Of a stretch of DNA of 64,000 bases, positions 1 through 8,151 are shown piece after piece (positions within the stretch are counted from its first letter, which is position 1; each line of letters opens with the position of its first letter). The notes under the pieces were generated by a model. That model worked only from the letters and a program-made list of their open reading frames with translations. It was not told the DNA's origin and did not search any database. The DNA is taken from contig JAGWLG010000003.1 in the NCBI GenBank assembly GCA_028864975.1, positions 86,150 through 150,149 on the forward strand. Reading direction: 5' to 3'. The position numbers were made by a program, and so were the translations under genes. This stretch comes from Thermoplasmata archaeon. GTDB taxonomy: Archaea; Thermoplasmatota; Thermoplasmata; Lutacidiplasmatales; UBA184.

Positions 1-58
1 GTTGCGGGGTGACGGGGCGAGAGCAAGCTTGGCGGTCTCGGTGGGGTCCGCGGTTCCG

Positions 59-904
59 CTACGTGGCCCGCACGACGTGGTTAAAGTCCCGTTCCAGCGT
101 CGCGACCTGCGAGCGGCTGAACGCGCCGGGATCGACCGACAGCACGAGCAGCCCGTGGTGCTGCTGGACCTTGCTGTGCAGCCAGTAGACGAACTTCGTC
201 GTGAGGTCGAAGGAGTTCTGCGTGTTGAGGAACTCGACCGCCTCGAGGTAGACGAGCGCGGGCTCGGGCGTTCCGTTGAGGAAGTTGTCGACGCGCCCCG
301 TGAGCTGCGTCGGGGAGGACTCGGCCGCCTCGACCCCCTCCTCGGTGGTCCCTTCGACACCCAGGTGGAGGATCACCAGGTCCTCGACAGGGGCCATGCG
401 ACGCAGTTCGTTCGGAAGTCTGGTGATGGCGAGCCCTCTTCCTACCCGGGGGAGGAGTTCGCGGAGGAACGAGCGCGCGACCTGGCGGGTCTCCTCCAGG
501 AAGAGGTAGTTGTACCCTGGGACCGCCGGGGGGAAAGCGGGCGCGCTCGAGGAGCCCCGCGGCTGGACGCGCACGAGGCTCTCGACGGGGATGCCGACCG
601 GGGTCGAGAGCAGGGTCTTCCGCTTGAGGCGCACTTCCTCGTCGAGGTGCCCGAGCCGGCTCTCGACGAAGACCCGGATCTCGGAAGGGGTGTGGCCCCT
701 CGCGACCAGACGGGTCACGAAGTGGAGCGCGTCGCGGGCCCCATCGCCCCAGCCTCGGGCGTAGGAGGTCGGTCCGTCCCCCCTGGAGGAGGAAGTGTCC
801 GAGTCGTCCAGGGCTTGGGGCTCCGTGTCGGTGCCCTCCTCTTCGTTCGCTCGTCGAGGGGCGGGGGACGCGGCCGGGGGAAGGCCTCCCGTTCGGCCGG
901 TCAC
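59..904 (-). CDS. DUF835 domain-containing protein (degenerate KaiC/RecA-like domain)
   Basis: C-terminal half has the DUF835 pattern (GLAITR...VYLEAVEFLNTQNSF...LLVLSVDPGAFSRSQVATLERDF); GTG start overlaps the upstream TGA (GTGA at 901-904). Confidence 0.8.
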   Translation of the reverse strand: MTGRTGGLPPAASPAPRRANEEEGTDTEPQALDDSDTSSSRGDGPTSYARGWGDGARDALHFVTRLVARGHTPSEIRVFVESRLGHLDEEVRLKRKTLLSTPVGIPVESLVRVQPRGSSSAPAFPPAVPGYNYLFLEETRQVARSFLRELLPRVGRGLAITRLPNELRRMAPVEDLVILHLGVEGTTEEGVEAAESSPTQLTGRVDNFLNGTPEPALVYLEAVEFLNTQNSFDLTTKFVYWLHSKVQQHHGLLVLSVDPGAFSRSQVATLERDFNHVVRAT

Positions 905-1389
905 GTGCGCGCGGTCCGGGCCGCGGCCCGGGCGAGAGCCTCCTGAGAGGCCGGGGAGGCTGTAGGTTCGCTCGCTCCGCTCTCGCGCGAGGGGGCGAAC
1001 TTGTAGCCGTAGTGGATCACGCCGGCGCGCCCGTCCTCCCGGAGCTTGCGGAAGGCGGCGTGCACCCTCATCCCGATGTGCACGTCCGCGGGGGTGATGT
1101 CGACGACCTGCCCCGTGAGGAGCGGGCCCTCGGGGGTCTTGATGAGGGCCAGCACGTAGGGGACCTGCATCTCGAAACCCTCCGCCCCCTCGTGGACGAC
1201 CGAGAAGGAGTAGACCTCCCCGTCCCCCGAGAGGGTGAAGGGCTCCATCTTGCCCAACGACTGGCGGTGCGTCTGGCAGGTCGGGCAGACGGCCCTCGGC
1301 GGGAAGTAGACGGTCGAGCAGGCGCTGCAGCGGTTCCCACCCAGGTTGTAGCGGCGGGGCGTCTCTCTCCAGAATCTCGCAACGGTCAT
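901..1389 (-). CDS. DUF35 family Zn-ribbon/OB-fold protein (thiolase/HMG-CoA synthase scaffold)
   Basis: MTVARFWRE start at 1389; CxxC...CxxC (CSAC, CPTC) followed by OB-fold GEVYSFSVVH...YGYKF; next to the thiolase and HMG-CoA synthase genes. Confidence 0.92.
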   Translation of the reverse strand: MTVARFWRETPRRYNLGGNRCSACSTVYFPPRAVCPTCQTHRQSLGKMEPFTLSGDGEVYSFSVVHEGAEGFEMQVPYVLALIKTPEGPLLTGQVVDITPADVHIGMRVHAAFRKLREDGRAGVIHYGYKFAPSRESGASEPTASPASQEALARAAARTART

Positions 1390-1414
1390 GTTCTTGCTTC
1401 CTCCTTCCTGGGCT

Positions 1415-2587
1415 TCAGGTCGCCCTCTCCAAGAGATGGACGACGCTCGTGGCGCCCGTGCCTCCCAGGTTGTGGGTGAGACCGACCTGGGCCCCCGCGA
1501 CCTGCCGCTCCTTCGCCTCGCCCCGGAGCTGTCGGACGACCTCGGCCACCTGGGCGACCCCCACCGCGCCGAAGGGCTGTCCTTGGGCCTTGAGCCCGCC
1601 GGAGGAGTTGATGGCGAGCCGGGCCCCGGGAGGGCCGACGGTGCCCTCGGCGAGGGCCTTGCCGACGCCCCCCTTCGGACAGAATCCCAGGTCCTCGAGG
1701 GCGAGGAGGGCACTGATCGAGTAGGCGTCGTGGATCTCGGCGACCTGGACGTCCGCCGGGGTCCTCTTCGCGTGGCGGAACGCCACCTGGGCGGCGAGAC
1801 GGGTCGCCTCCACCGTCGTGATGTCCTTGCGGTGCTGCAGCGCGAGCGTGTCGCAGGCGACCTGGCTCGCGCAGATGCGGATGGGGGTGTCCGTGTGCTC
1901 TCTCGCCTTCTCGAGCGGGCCCAGGACCAGCGCGGAGGCCCCGTCGGAAGCGGGGGCACAGTCCATGACCCCCAGAGGTTGAGCGACGGGCGAGCCTTCC
2001 AGCACTTGGTCGAGGGAGACCTTGTTGCGGAAGTGCGCTAGGGGGTTCTTCGAGCCCATCTCGTGGGCGAGCACGGGGAAGCGCGCGAAGTCCTCTCTCC
2101 GAGTCCCGTGGTCGTGCATGTGCCGCCGGGCGATGAGCGCCCACAGCGAGGGGAGCGTCGCGCCGAAGACCGTCTCCCACTCCTGGTCCGCGCTCGCGTT
2201 CGCGATGTCCGTCTGGACATCCTCCGGGACGTCCGTCATCTTCTCGGCCCCGCCCACGACGACGTAGTCGTGCGCGCCGCTGGCGACGGCGAGGTAGGCC
2301 TGGTGCAGCGCGACCGCTCCGCTCGCTCCTCCCGCTTCGACGCGGATCGCGGGGAGATGATGGCCCGCGAGCCCCGCGTAGTCGAGGATCAGGGGGGCGA
2401 TGTGCTCCTGCTCGATGAAGCTCCCCGAGGCCATGTTCCCCAGGTAGAGCGCGCTGATGTCCTTGGAGGAAAGCTTCGCCTCCTGGAGCGCGGCGAATCC
2501 CGCCTCGATCCCGATCTCCCGGAACGAGCGGTCCCAGAGCTCGCCGAACTTCGTCTGCCCGATGCCCAGGATCGCGACCTCCCGCAT
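1415..2587 (-). CDS. Archaeal acetyl-CoA acetyltransferase (thiolase)-fold protein with substituted catalytic motifs
   Basis: MREVAILGIGQTKFGELW start; thiolase architecture throughout (DCAPASDGAS, EIHD, NSSGGLKA, HNLGGTG), but VEAGGASG, HDAY and GQP replace VEAACASG, HDCF and GHP. Confidence 0.9.
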   Translation of the reverse strand: MREVAILGIGQTKFGELWDRSFREIGIEAGFAALQEAKLSSKDISALYLGNMASGSFIEQEHIAPLILDYAGLAGHHLPAIRVEAGGASGAVALHQAYLAVASGAHDYVVVGGAEKMTDVPEDVQTDIANASADQEWETVFGATLPSLWALIARRHMHDHGTRREDFARFPVLAHEMGSKNPLAHFRNKVSLDQVLEGSPVAQPLGVMDCAPASDGASALVLGPLEKAREHTDTPIRICASQVACDTLALQHRKDITTVEATRLAAQVAFRHAKRTPADVQVAEIHDAYSISALLALEDLGFCPKGGVGKALAEGTVGPPGARLAINSSGGLKAQGQPFGAVGVAQVAEVVRQLRGEAKERQVAGAQVGLTHNLGGTGATSVVHLLERAT

Positions 2588-2589
2588 GG

Positions 2590-3657
2590 TCAGCTCCCTC
2601 CCAGGTGGATCTTCCCGCGGAACTTCGCGTACATGGCGTAGGAGAGGGGAACTCCCCCGTCGAGGAACTCCTGGACCGGGGGGCCGTGCTGCCGGTCGAA
2701 GCCCTCGATCCGGTCGGTGACCGTGAGGTCGAACGCGTCGGAGCCCGCGCCGCTGCCGTACCCGACGACCAACACACGGTCGCCGGCCTTGGCGTGGTCG
2801 AGCACGTTCGCGAGCCCGAGGAGCGCGGCACCGGAGTAGGTGTTGCCCACCCACGGGGTCACGAGACCGTACTTCATCTGCTGGTCGGAGAACCCCATGG
2901 ACTTCCCGATGCGCTGAGGGAACTTCCCGTTGGGCTGGTGGAAAACGACGTGCTGGTAGTTCTGAGGAGAGGTCTGCGCCCGCTCCATCATGCGCCGCCC
3001 GCACTCTCCCACATGGCGGAAGTAGGCCGGCTCGCCCGTGAACCTTCCTCCGTGGCTCGGGTAGCGCTGGCCCTCCCGACGCCAGAAGTCGGGGGTGTCC
3101 GTGGTGAAGCTCTCCGTCGCGTTGATCTCCGCGATCAGGTTCTCGCGGCCGATCACCAGCGCGGCCCCGCCAGCGCTCGCCGAGTACTCGAGAGCGTCAC
3201 CGGGGGCGCCCTGGGAGGTGTCCGCGCCGATCGCGACACCGTAGGTGATCATCTTGCTCGCCACCATCCCCATGCAGGTCTGGATGGCCGCCGTTCCCGC
3301 CTTGCAGGCGAACTCGAAGTCCGCCGCGGTGAGGTAGGGGGTCGCGCCGACAGCCTGGGCGACGACCGTGGCCGTGGGCTTCACGGCGTACGGGTGGCTC
3401 TCGCTCCCGACGTAGAGCGCCCCGATGTCCCGGGGATTGATCTTGCCGCGGGTGAGCGCGATGCGCAGCGCCTCGGTCGAGATGGTGATGGTGTCCTCGT
3501 CCGGGGAGGGGACGCTCTTGCGGACGACGTTCAGCCCCTTTCCCATGGCGGCCCCATCGGTCCCCCAGACCTGCCCGATCTCCTGGGGCGTGATCCGGTA
3601 GCGCGGGACGTAAGCGCCGTAGCTCACGATGCCGACCTTCTCTTCGGTCATGTCCAT
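2590..3657 (-). CDS. mvaS: Hydroxymethylglutaryl-CoA synthase (archaeal type)
   Basis: [11 protein letters not shown] (Glu), [10 protein letters not shown] (catalytic Cys), VFHQPNGKF (His), GNTYSG and [11 protein letters not shown] all match archaeal HMGCS. Start may be 3651. Confidence 0.95.
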   Translation of the reverse strand: MDMTEEKVGIVSYGAYVPRYRITPQEIGQVWGTDGAAMGKGLNVVRKSVPSPDEDTITISTEALRIALTRGKINPRDIGALYVGSESHPYAVKPTATVVAQAVGATPYLTAADFEFACKAGTAAIQTCMGMVASKMITYGVAIGADTSQGAPGDALEYSASAGGAALVIGRENLIAEINATESFTTDTPDFWRREGQRYPSHGGRFTGEPAYFRHVGECGRRMMERAQTSPQNYQHVVFHQPNGKFPQRIGKSMGFSDQQMKYGLVTPWVGNTYSGAALLGLANVLDHAKAGDRVLVVGYGSGAGSDAFDLTVTDRIEGFDRQHGPPVQEFLDGGVPLSYAMYAKFRGKIHLGGS

Positions 3658-3691
3658 TCTCCTTGCTCCTGCTCTTCGATACGGTGTCGGG

Positions 3692-4369
3692 TCAGATCTC
3701 CTCGAGACGCTTCAGGACCTCCTTCGGTCCGTACGGGGTCGTGAGGAGCGGGATGTTCTCCACCTCGGAGAGGCGGACCGCCAGAGGGTCGACGCGGCCG
3801 GGGGCGGAGTAGATGACGGCGGCGGGTTTGAGCGGGTGCGCGCGGATCGCGACCATCGGGGAGCGACCGTACTTGACGCCGCAGAAGAGGAGGGCCCGCT
3901 GGGTCGTCCAGCCGTAGACCTGGACGAACTCCTGGGCCCCCAACGACAGGATCGCCCGCGGGGCGTCGAGGAGGGTGAACCCGTGCAGGTCCCGGTGGAG
4001 GTCGACCCGGCTCGCGGGCTTCGCGTCCAGGAGCGAGGCGAGGGTCGTGAGGGGCACCGCGATGGAGAACTCCCGCATCGCGAGGATCCCCTCGGCGGGG
4101 GAGGGGAACCCCATCCGCTGGATGACGCGGCCTCCGTGCGACTTGTCGACGGCGACCAGCCCTTCCACGTAGCGTCGGATGAACCCGGCACCAGGGCTCT
4201 GACGCCGCTCGGCCTCGTAGTCCGCGATCACGGAGGGGACGGTCTCGAGCTGATGGGCGAGCTCCGTTTGCGAGATGCCGAAGTCCTCGCGCCATTTGCG
4301 CAACGTCCGCCCGGGATGGGGGGATAGGACTACCTCGCCCGCGATCTTCTCGCGGATCTCGACCGGCAC
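3692..4369 (-). CDS. XRE-family helix-turn-helix transcriptional regulator (archaeal COG1709-like, DRTGG-like C-terminus)
   Basis: [30 protein letters not shown]...SVIADYE HTH; C-terminal GRSPMVAIR...KP motif; co-oriented directly upstream of HMGCS. Confidence 0.88.
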   Translation of the reverse strand: MPVEIREKIAGEVVLSPHPGRTLRKWREDFGISQTELAHQLETVPSVIADYEAERRQSPGAGFIRRYVEGLVAVDKSHGGRVIQRMGFPSPAEGILAMREFSIAVPLTTLASLLDAKPASRVDLHRDLHGFTLLDAPRAILSLGAQEFVQVYGWTTQRALLFCGVKYGRSPMVAIRAHPLKPAAVIYSAPGRVDPLAVRLSEVENIPLLTTPYGPKEVLKRLEEI

Positions 4370-4411
4370 GGAGGTGAGGGAGGGGGCGGGGTACTAAAGC
4401 CTCACGCTACT

Positions 4412-4432
4412 TGTCGAATTGCGTATTCGACA
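4412..4432. promoter_or_regulatory. Perfect 8-bp inverted repeat TGTCGAAT-N5-ATTCGACA, candidate operator
   Basis: Read directly from the sequence; lies just upstream of a TATA-like TTTAGTA (minus strand, 4392-4398) about 25-30 nt before the regulator start. Function is inferred. Confidence 0.5.
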
Positions 4433-4506
4433 GTTCGTGTGTCCCCTGACGGTGCGGTGGCGGGAGAAGGACCTGCAGCACCGGACCGGACGATAAGGAG
4501 GGGGAG

Positions 4507-4609
4507 TGGACTGGGCGAGATGCTCAGGAGGGAGGGGGGTCCTCTCCTCCGTTTGAACTCGCGGCCTCTACCTTGCCAAGGTAGCGATCTTCCACTGATC
4601 TACCAGCCC
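4507..4609 (-). tRNA. tRNA-Ala(GGC) with a 31-nt intron in the T-loop
   Basis: Acceptor stem GGGCTGG/CCAGTCC with G3:U70; D arm GATC/GATC; anticodon arm CTACC-TTGGCAA-GGTAG; T arm GCGAG/CTCGC; 72 nt after intron removal; CCA not encoded. Confidence 0.95.
4521..4551 (-). other. tRNA intron at position 59/60 with strict bulge-helix-bulge
   Basis: Central helix TTCA/TGAG, 3-nt bulges AAC and CAT, flanking helices GCGAG/CTCGC and GGAGG/CCTCC; cutting after the second bulge nucleotide restores T-loop TTCAAAT. Confidence 0.93.
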
Positions 4610-4642
4610 GTCTCCCCGCCGAGAGCGCGCAGACCACGGGAG

Positions 4643-4648
4643 TTATAC
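4643..4648. promoter_or_regulatory. TATA-like box possibly shared by divergent tRNA-Ala and GNAT genes
   Basis: TTATAC in GC-rich DNA, about 30-35 nt from both the tRNA 5' end (4609, minus) and the GTG at 4678 (plus). Confidence 0.4.
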
Positions 4649-4677
4649 CCTTTCGCTGGACTCCTCCCTCGACCTCC

Positions 4678-5643
4678 GTGCAGCTCCTCGTTTACGACGA
4701 CCTCAAGCCGGAGATGGAGGCGAGCCGGGCGGCGACCCACCTCGGAGCCTTCGGCGGCTTCCTCTCGCCCTCCGAGGTCGCCATCTGGAGGAGGCTTGGG
4801 TCCTTCTCTGACTACGTCGGGGTCTTTGCGGTCGAAGCAGGGCAGGTCCTTGGCCACGCGTACGCGTTGAGGCTTCCCTACACGTACCCGGACGGCCGCG
4901 TCGAACGCGTGAGCGGGGTCGCGGGGGTGGGCTCACGACCGGACCATCGTGGGCGAGGCCTCGCGCGTCGGATGCTCGAAGAGATCCATCGAAGGGAGAG
5001 GAAGGAAGGGATCGACCACATCGCGCTCTGGACGAACCGTTCCTGGGGGGCCCACGGCATCTACGAGAGGTTGGGCTACCAGGACGTGTATGGGATCCCG
5101 CTCGCGGTCCGCGCGGTGCCGCGGACCATGCGGCCCGCCTCCAACACGGTCCGCGTTCGACACGGAAGGGTGACCGACCTACCCCGGCTCGAGGAGGTCC
5201 ACGTTCGGGCGACCCGAGGGAGGATCGGGTTCACCCCCCGCCTTCCCCGGAGCCTCGTTGCCGAGCACAAGGCCCGCGCCCTCGACCCACCGAAGGACCT
5301 GCTCGTCGCCACCGACGGCGGTCGCCCGGTGGGGTATGCCCGGGTCGAGGAAGATCCCTCGCGCGTGCGATGTCCCGAGCTCCTTACCGAAGGGCCAGGG
5401 GCCGCCCTTGCCCTCATCGAAGCCATGGAACGACGTGGGCGCGGAAGGATGTGCACATGGTGCCTCTCGGCCGTTGCGGACCAGGGAGCGGAGCTCCGCC
5501 GGCGAGGGTACCTGTTCGTCCCCACCGGGTGGTACGGGATGATGGCGTGCCGGTTGCGCGGAGAAGCGAACGCTTCCCAGGTCCGGGCGGAGCTGGGGGT
5601 GGACCAGCCGCGGTGGGTCGTCCACCGCGGGGACCAGTTCTGA
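4678..5643 (+). CDS. GNAT family N-acetyltransferase (tandem GNAT, Eis-like)
   Basis: Acetyl-CoA motif VGSRPDHRGRGLARRML and AHGIYERLGY; second degenerate GNAT domain. Confidence 0.85.
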   Translation: MQLLVYDDLKPEMEASRAATHLGAFGGFLSPSEVAIWRRLGSFSDYVGVFAVEAGQVLGHAYALRLPYTYPDGRVERVSGVAGVGSRPDHRGRGLARRMLEEIHRRERKEGIDHIALWTNRSWGAHGIYERLGYQDVYGIPLAVRAVPRTMRPASNTVRVRHGRVTDLPRLEEVHVRATRGRIGFTPRLPRSLVAEHKARALDPPKDLLVATDGGRPVGYARVEEDPSRVRCPELLTEGPGAALALIEAMERRGRGRMCTWCLSAVADQGAELRRRGYLFVPTGWYGMMACRLRGEANASQVRAELGVDQPRWVVHRGDQF

Positions 5644-5874
5644 GCTCTCCGAGGTCCGTCGCGACGAAGGGGGGAGGTGGTCGCACCCAGGTCGTCCCGA
5701 ACCGGTCGGGGTGTTGGATGCGCATGCATCCGTGCTATGCCGTATCATGCGCTGCAAGTTCTGGTCCGTGAACCTGCCGCCCCGTTGAAGTAGCCGCTTC
5801 GCCGAATCCTTCGTTCGAGGGGGATGACGGCCACGATCGTCTGGGGAACGAACCTCGGGTTGTTCCTTGGACAC

Positions 5875-6123
5875 GTGAGGAGGGGGATCGATCTACGGCC
5901 GAACAAGGCTCGAGCGTTGGCGCTCGACACGTCGCCCCCTGGACCCCCTTTTGGTGTGCTCCCCCCGGACAGCCTGGGCGAGGTGGATCGACCACGGAGA
6001 GCCCCGTGCGGACGCTGGCATCCCCCTCAAGAGCCGGCATCCCCTCCGGATGCCGCTCGGGGCCCGTGATGGTCGGCCCAGGCTGTCCCCGAGTTGGCGG
6101 GCCGTAGCTCCGGTCCTCCTCGC
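5875..6123 (+). ncRNA. Candidate structured non-coding RNA of unknown family
   Basis: Nested stems: 5875-5883/6115-6123, 5893-5900/6100-6107, perfect 13 bp 5967-5979/6076-6088, 5989-5994/6070-6075, 6001-6006/6058-6063; side hairpin 5910-5927. G-U pairs in the outer stem favour the plus strand. Expression not shown. Confidence 0.35.
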
Positions 6124-6157
6124 CAAGTCCCATATACCCCAGCCTGGTCGGCGCTCC

Positions 6158-6514
6158 GTGGCCGAGAACGAGCGTCGCGACGACCCGGTCGACCTGCTCC
6201 TCCGAGGGTCGAGGGAACTGCTCCATCCCGAGGCGCTGGTCGCCGAAGCGACCAAGGACCTGGTGAAGGAGGAGATCCGCCACCTGCTCGAGCGCAAGCT
6301 CAAGGAGAACCCGGAGCTCGCGAAGGAGCTGCGCGACGCCGTCCACGACCTCCTCGAGGCGCGGGCGAGGGAGTACGCGGCGCTGCTCCGGGTGACGGCC
6401 GCCTCGGCGCGGCTCGGTTTCGCGGCGGCCCCGGATTCGGTCAAGGGGGTCCTGGCCCGCGACGTCGCGTCCCTCCTGACGCGGGAGCTCGGGACCCTCG
6501 TCGACAAGATCTGA
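6158..6514 (+). CDS. Hypothetical helical protein
   Basis: GTG start about 25 nt after a TATA-like CATATA (6131-6136); amphipathic helical sequence; co-oriented with PAC2. Confidence 0.7.
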   Translation: MAENERRDDPVDLLLRGSRELLHPEALVAEATKDLVKEEIRHLLERKLKENPELAKELRDAVHDLLEARAREYAALLRVTAASARLGFAAAPDSVKGVLARDVASLLTRELGTLVDKI

Positions 6515-6560
6515 ACGGGGGGAGAACGGCATGCCCTCCTGGCGAACCCCCACGCCCCCC

Positions 6561-7373
6561 ATGGCCCCGGACGAGGTCCGGATCTACGAGGTGAAGCGGA
6601 CGGACCTCACCGACGCGGTGGTCATCGACGGGTTCCCCTCGGTGGGTCTGGTCTCCTCGATCGTGGCGAACTATCTCATCGATGCCCTTCACATGGAACA
6701 GATCGGGATCGTGGACTCTCCCGCGTTCCCGACCGTGTCGCTGGTGCGCGAGGGGGAGCCGCAGCACCCGGTGAGGATCTACGCGGGGCAACCCCCCGAC
6801 AAGCGACCGGGGAGCGCGGCCCAGAAGGTGGTGGCGTTCATCAGCGAGTTCCAGCCGCCCGCGAACGTGGTGAACAACCTCGCGCATACGGTCCTAGATT
6901 GGGCGCAGGAGCAGCGCTGCTCGCTCCTGGTCTCCCCCGAAGGGCTGGTCATCGAACGTGGAGAGGGGGAGGAGGCCCACGTCGGCACCGTCCCTCCCAC
7001 GGTCCGCGTCTACGGGGTCGCTTCGTCGCGTCGCGCTCGGGAGCTCTTCATCGAGCCGAACGTCGCCTCGTTCCAGGAAGGGGTCGTGACCGGGGTCGCG
7101 GGGGTCCTTCTGAACGAAGGGCGCCGACGCGGGTTCGATGTCCTCACATTCCTTGCCGAGGCCCACCCGGACTACCCGGACGCCCGGGCGGCCGCGAAGG
7201 TCATCGAGACCATCGACCACGTGCTCCTGGGGACCATCATCGACCCCGGGCCGCTCTACACCGAGGCGGAGCGCATCGAGCAGCAGCTCCTCACCATCCA
7301 GAGATCGGCGGCGGAGCGCGCAGCCTCCAAGGACCGGGCCGTCCCCACGCCCTCGATGTCGATGTACGGGTGA
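6561..7373 (+). CDS. PAC2 family proteasome assembly chaperone (PbaA/PbaB-like)
   Basis: VVIDGFPSVGLVSSIVANYLIDAL, GVVTGVAGVLL and PDARAAA motifs; C-terminal MYG tail. Start may be 6531. Confidence 0.9.
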   Translation: MAPDEVRIYEVKRTDLTDAVVIDGFPSVGLVSSIVANYLIDALHMEQIGIVDSPAFPTVSLVREGEPQHPVRIYAGQPPDKRPGSAAQKVVAFISEFQPPANVVNNLAHTVLDWAQEQRCSLLVSPEGLVIERGEGEEAHVGTVPPTVRVYGVASSRRARELFIEPNVASFQEGVVTGVAGVLLNEGRRRGFDVLTFLAEAHPDYPDARAAAKVIETIDHVLLGTIIDPGPLYTEAERIEQQLLTIQRSAAERAASKDRAVPTPSMSMYG

Positions 7374-7458
7374 GGCCCGGGGATCCTCGGCCCCCGTGGG
7401 AGAGGGGAGCGGCGGCGCCGGGGGGGGAGGTCCCCCTGGACGATGCGAGCTTCTCAGC

Positions 7459-7845
7459 TCAGCTGTCGGGGGCAACCGGGGGCTCTTGGCTCTCGTCCCC
7501 GTCTTCCCCGTCCCCGGACCCGTCCTTCTCGGTCTCCTCGGACCCTTCCTCGTCGGGGGGCGGCGCGGCGGCCTTGCGCCGGCGGAGCAAGAAGAGCAGC
7601 AGGAGCGCGATCAAGACCACGCCCACGATCCCTCCGATGGCCGCGTACCCGAGCGGGCTCGACCAGAAGCTGGAGCTGTTGTTCTGAGGGGTGACGTACT
7701 GGCGCGGCGGAGGGATCGCGCTGGCGGGGGCGCTGCTTCCCTCGAGGATGGAGACCCCGACCAGGAGGACCATGCCGATGGCGATCAACACAGGGACGGT
7801 CTTCTGGAGAAGGCCTGACGTCCGCGCATCTGAGTTCGAGGTCAC
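7459..7845 (-). CDS. Small membrane protein (two hydrophobic helices, acidic tail)
   Basis: Two TM segments, RRRK stop-transfer, D/E-rich C-terminus; upstream TATA-like TTCAAATAG on the minus strand. Confidence 0.7.
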   Translation of the reverse strand: MTSNSDARTSGLLQKTVPVLIAIGMVLLVGVSILEGSSAPASAIPPPRQYVTPQNNSSSFWSSPLGYAAIGGIVGVVLIALLLLFLLRRRKAAAPPPDEEGSEETEKDGSGDGEDGDESQEPPVAPDS

Positions 7846-7892
7846 TGTCTCGCCTAACGGTCAGATAGGCACTGTCGGACCCGCTATTTGAA

Positions 7893-7908
7893 CGAATTGC
7901 CCAATTCG
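7893..7908. promoter_or_regulatory. Inverted repeat CGAATTG-CC-CAATTCG
   Basis: Read directly from the sequence, next to the TATA-like element of the 7459-7845 gene. Confidence 0.35.
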
Positions 7909-8151
7909 CACTCGGGTTCCGGCTCCTTTTGCGCGTAAACCTGCTCGAGTATGGCCGTTTCGAGAGATCTCAAGCGTGCCCCGGTCCCGCGTTGCGACGA
8001 ACCGAGACCCATGCTGCCCCCATCGGCCCGGTGGAGGTGGAGGCCCGTCCTCCGACCGAGAGAACGGCGTCTCACGGCCACGACGGACCTCTCCCCCCGG
8101 GGCGGCGCGGCGTCGCTCAAGCTTAAGAGGTGGAAACCAAGTCGGTCGCGC

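Noticed and set aside
5824-6069. 81-aa ORF with a GAGGGG upstream
   Set aside because: No protein-like features, and it overlaps the structured element. Not excluded, but unsupported.
5875-6123. SRP RNA or RNase P RNA
   Set aside because: No CAGG-GNRA-AGCA helix-8 motif and no GAGGAAAGUCC or 3' conserved region on either strand.
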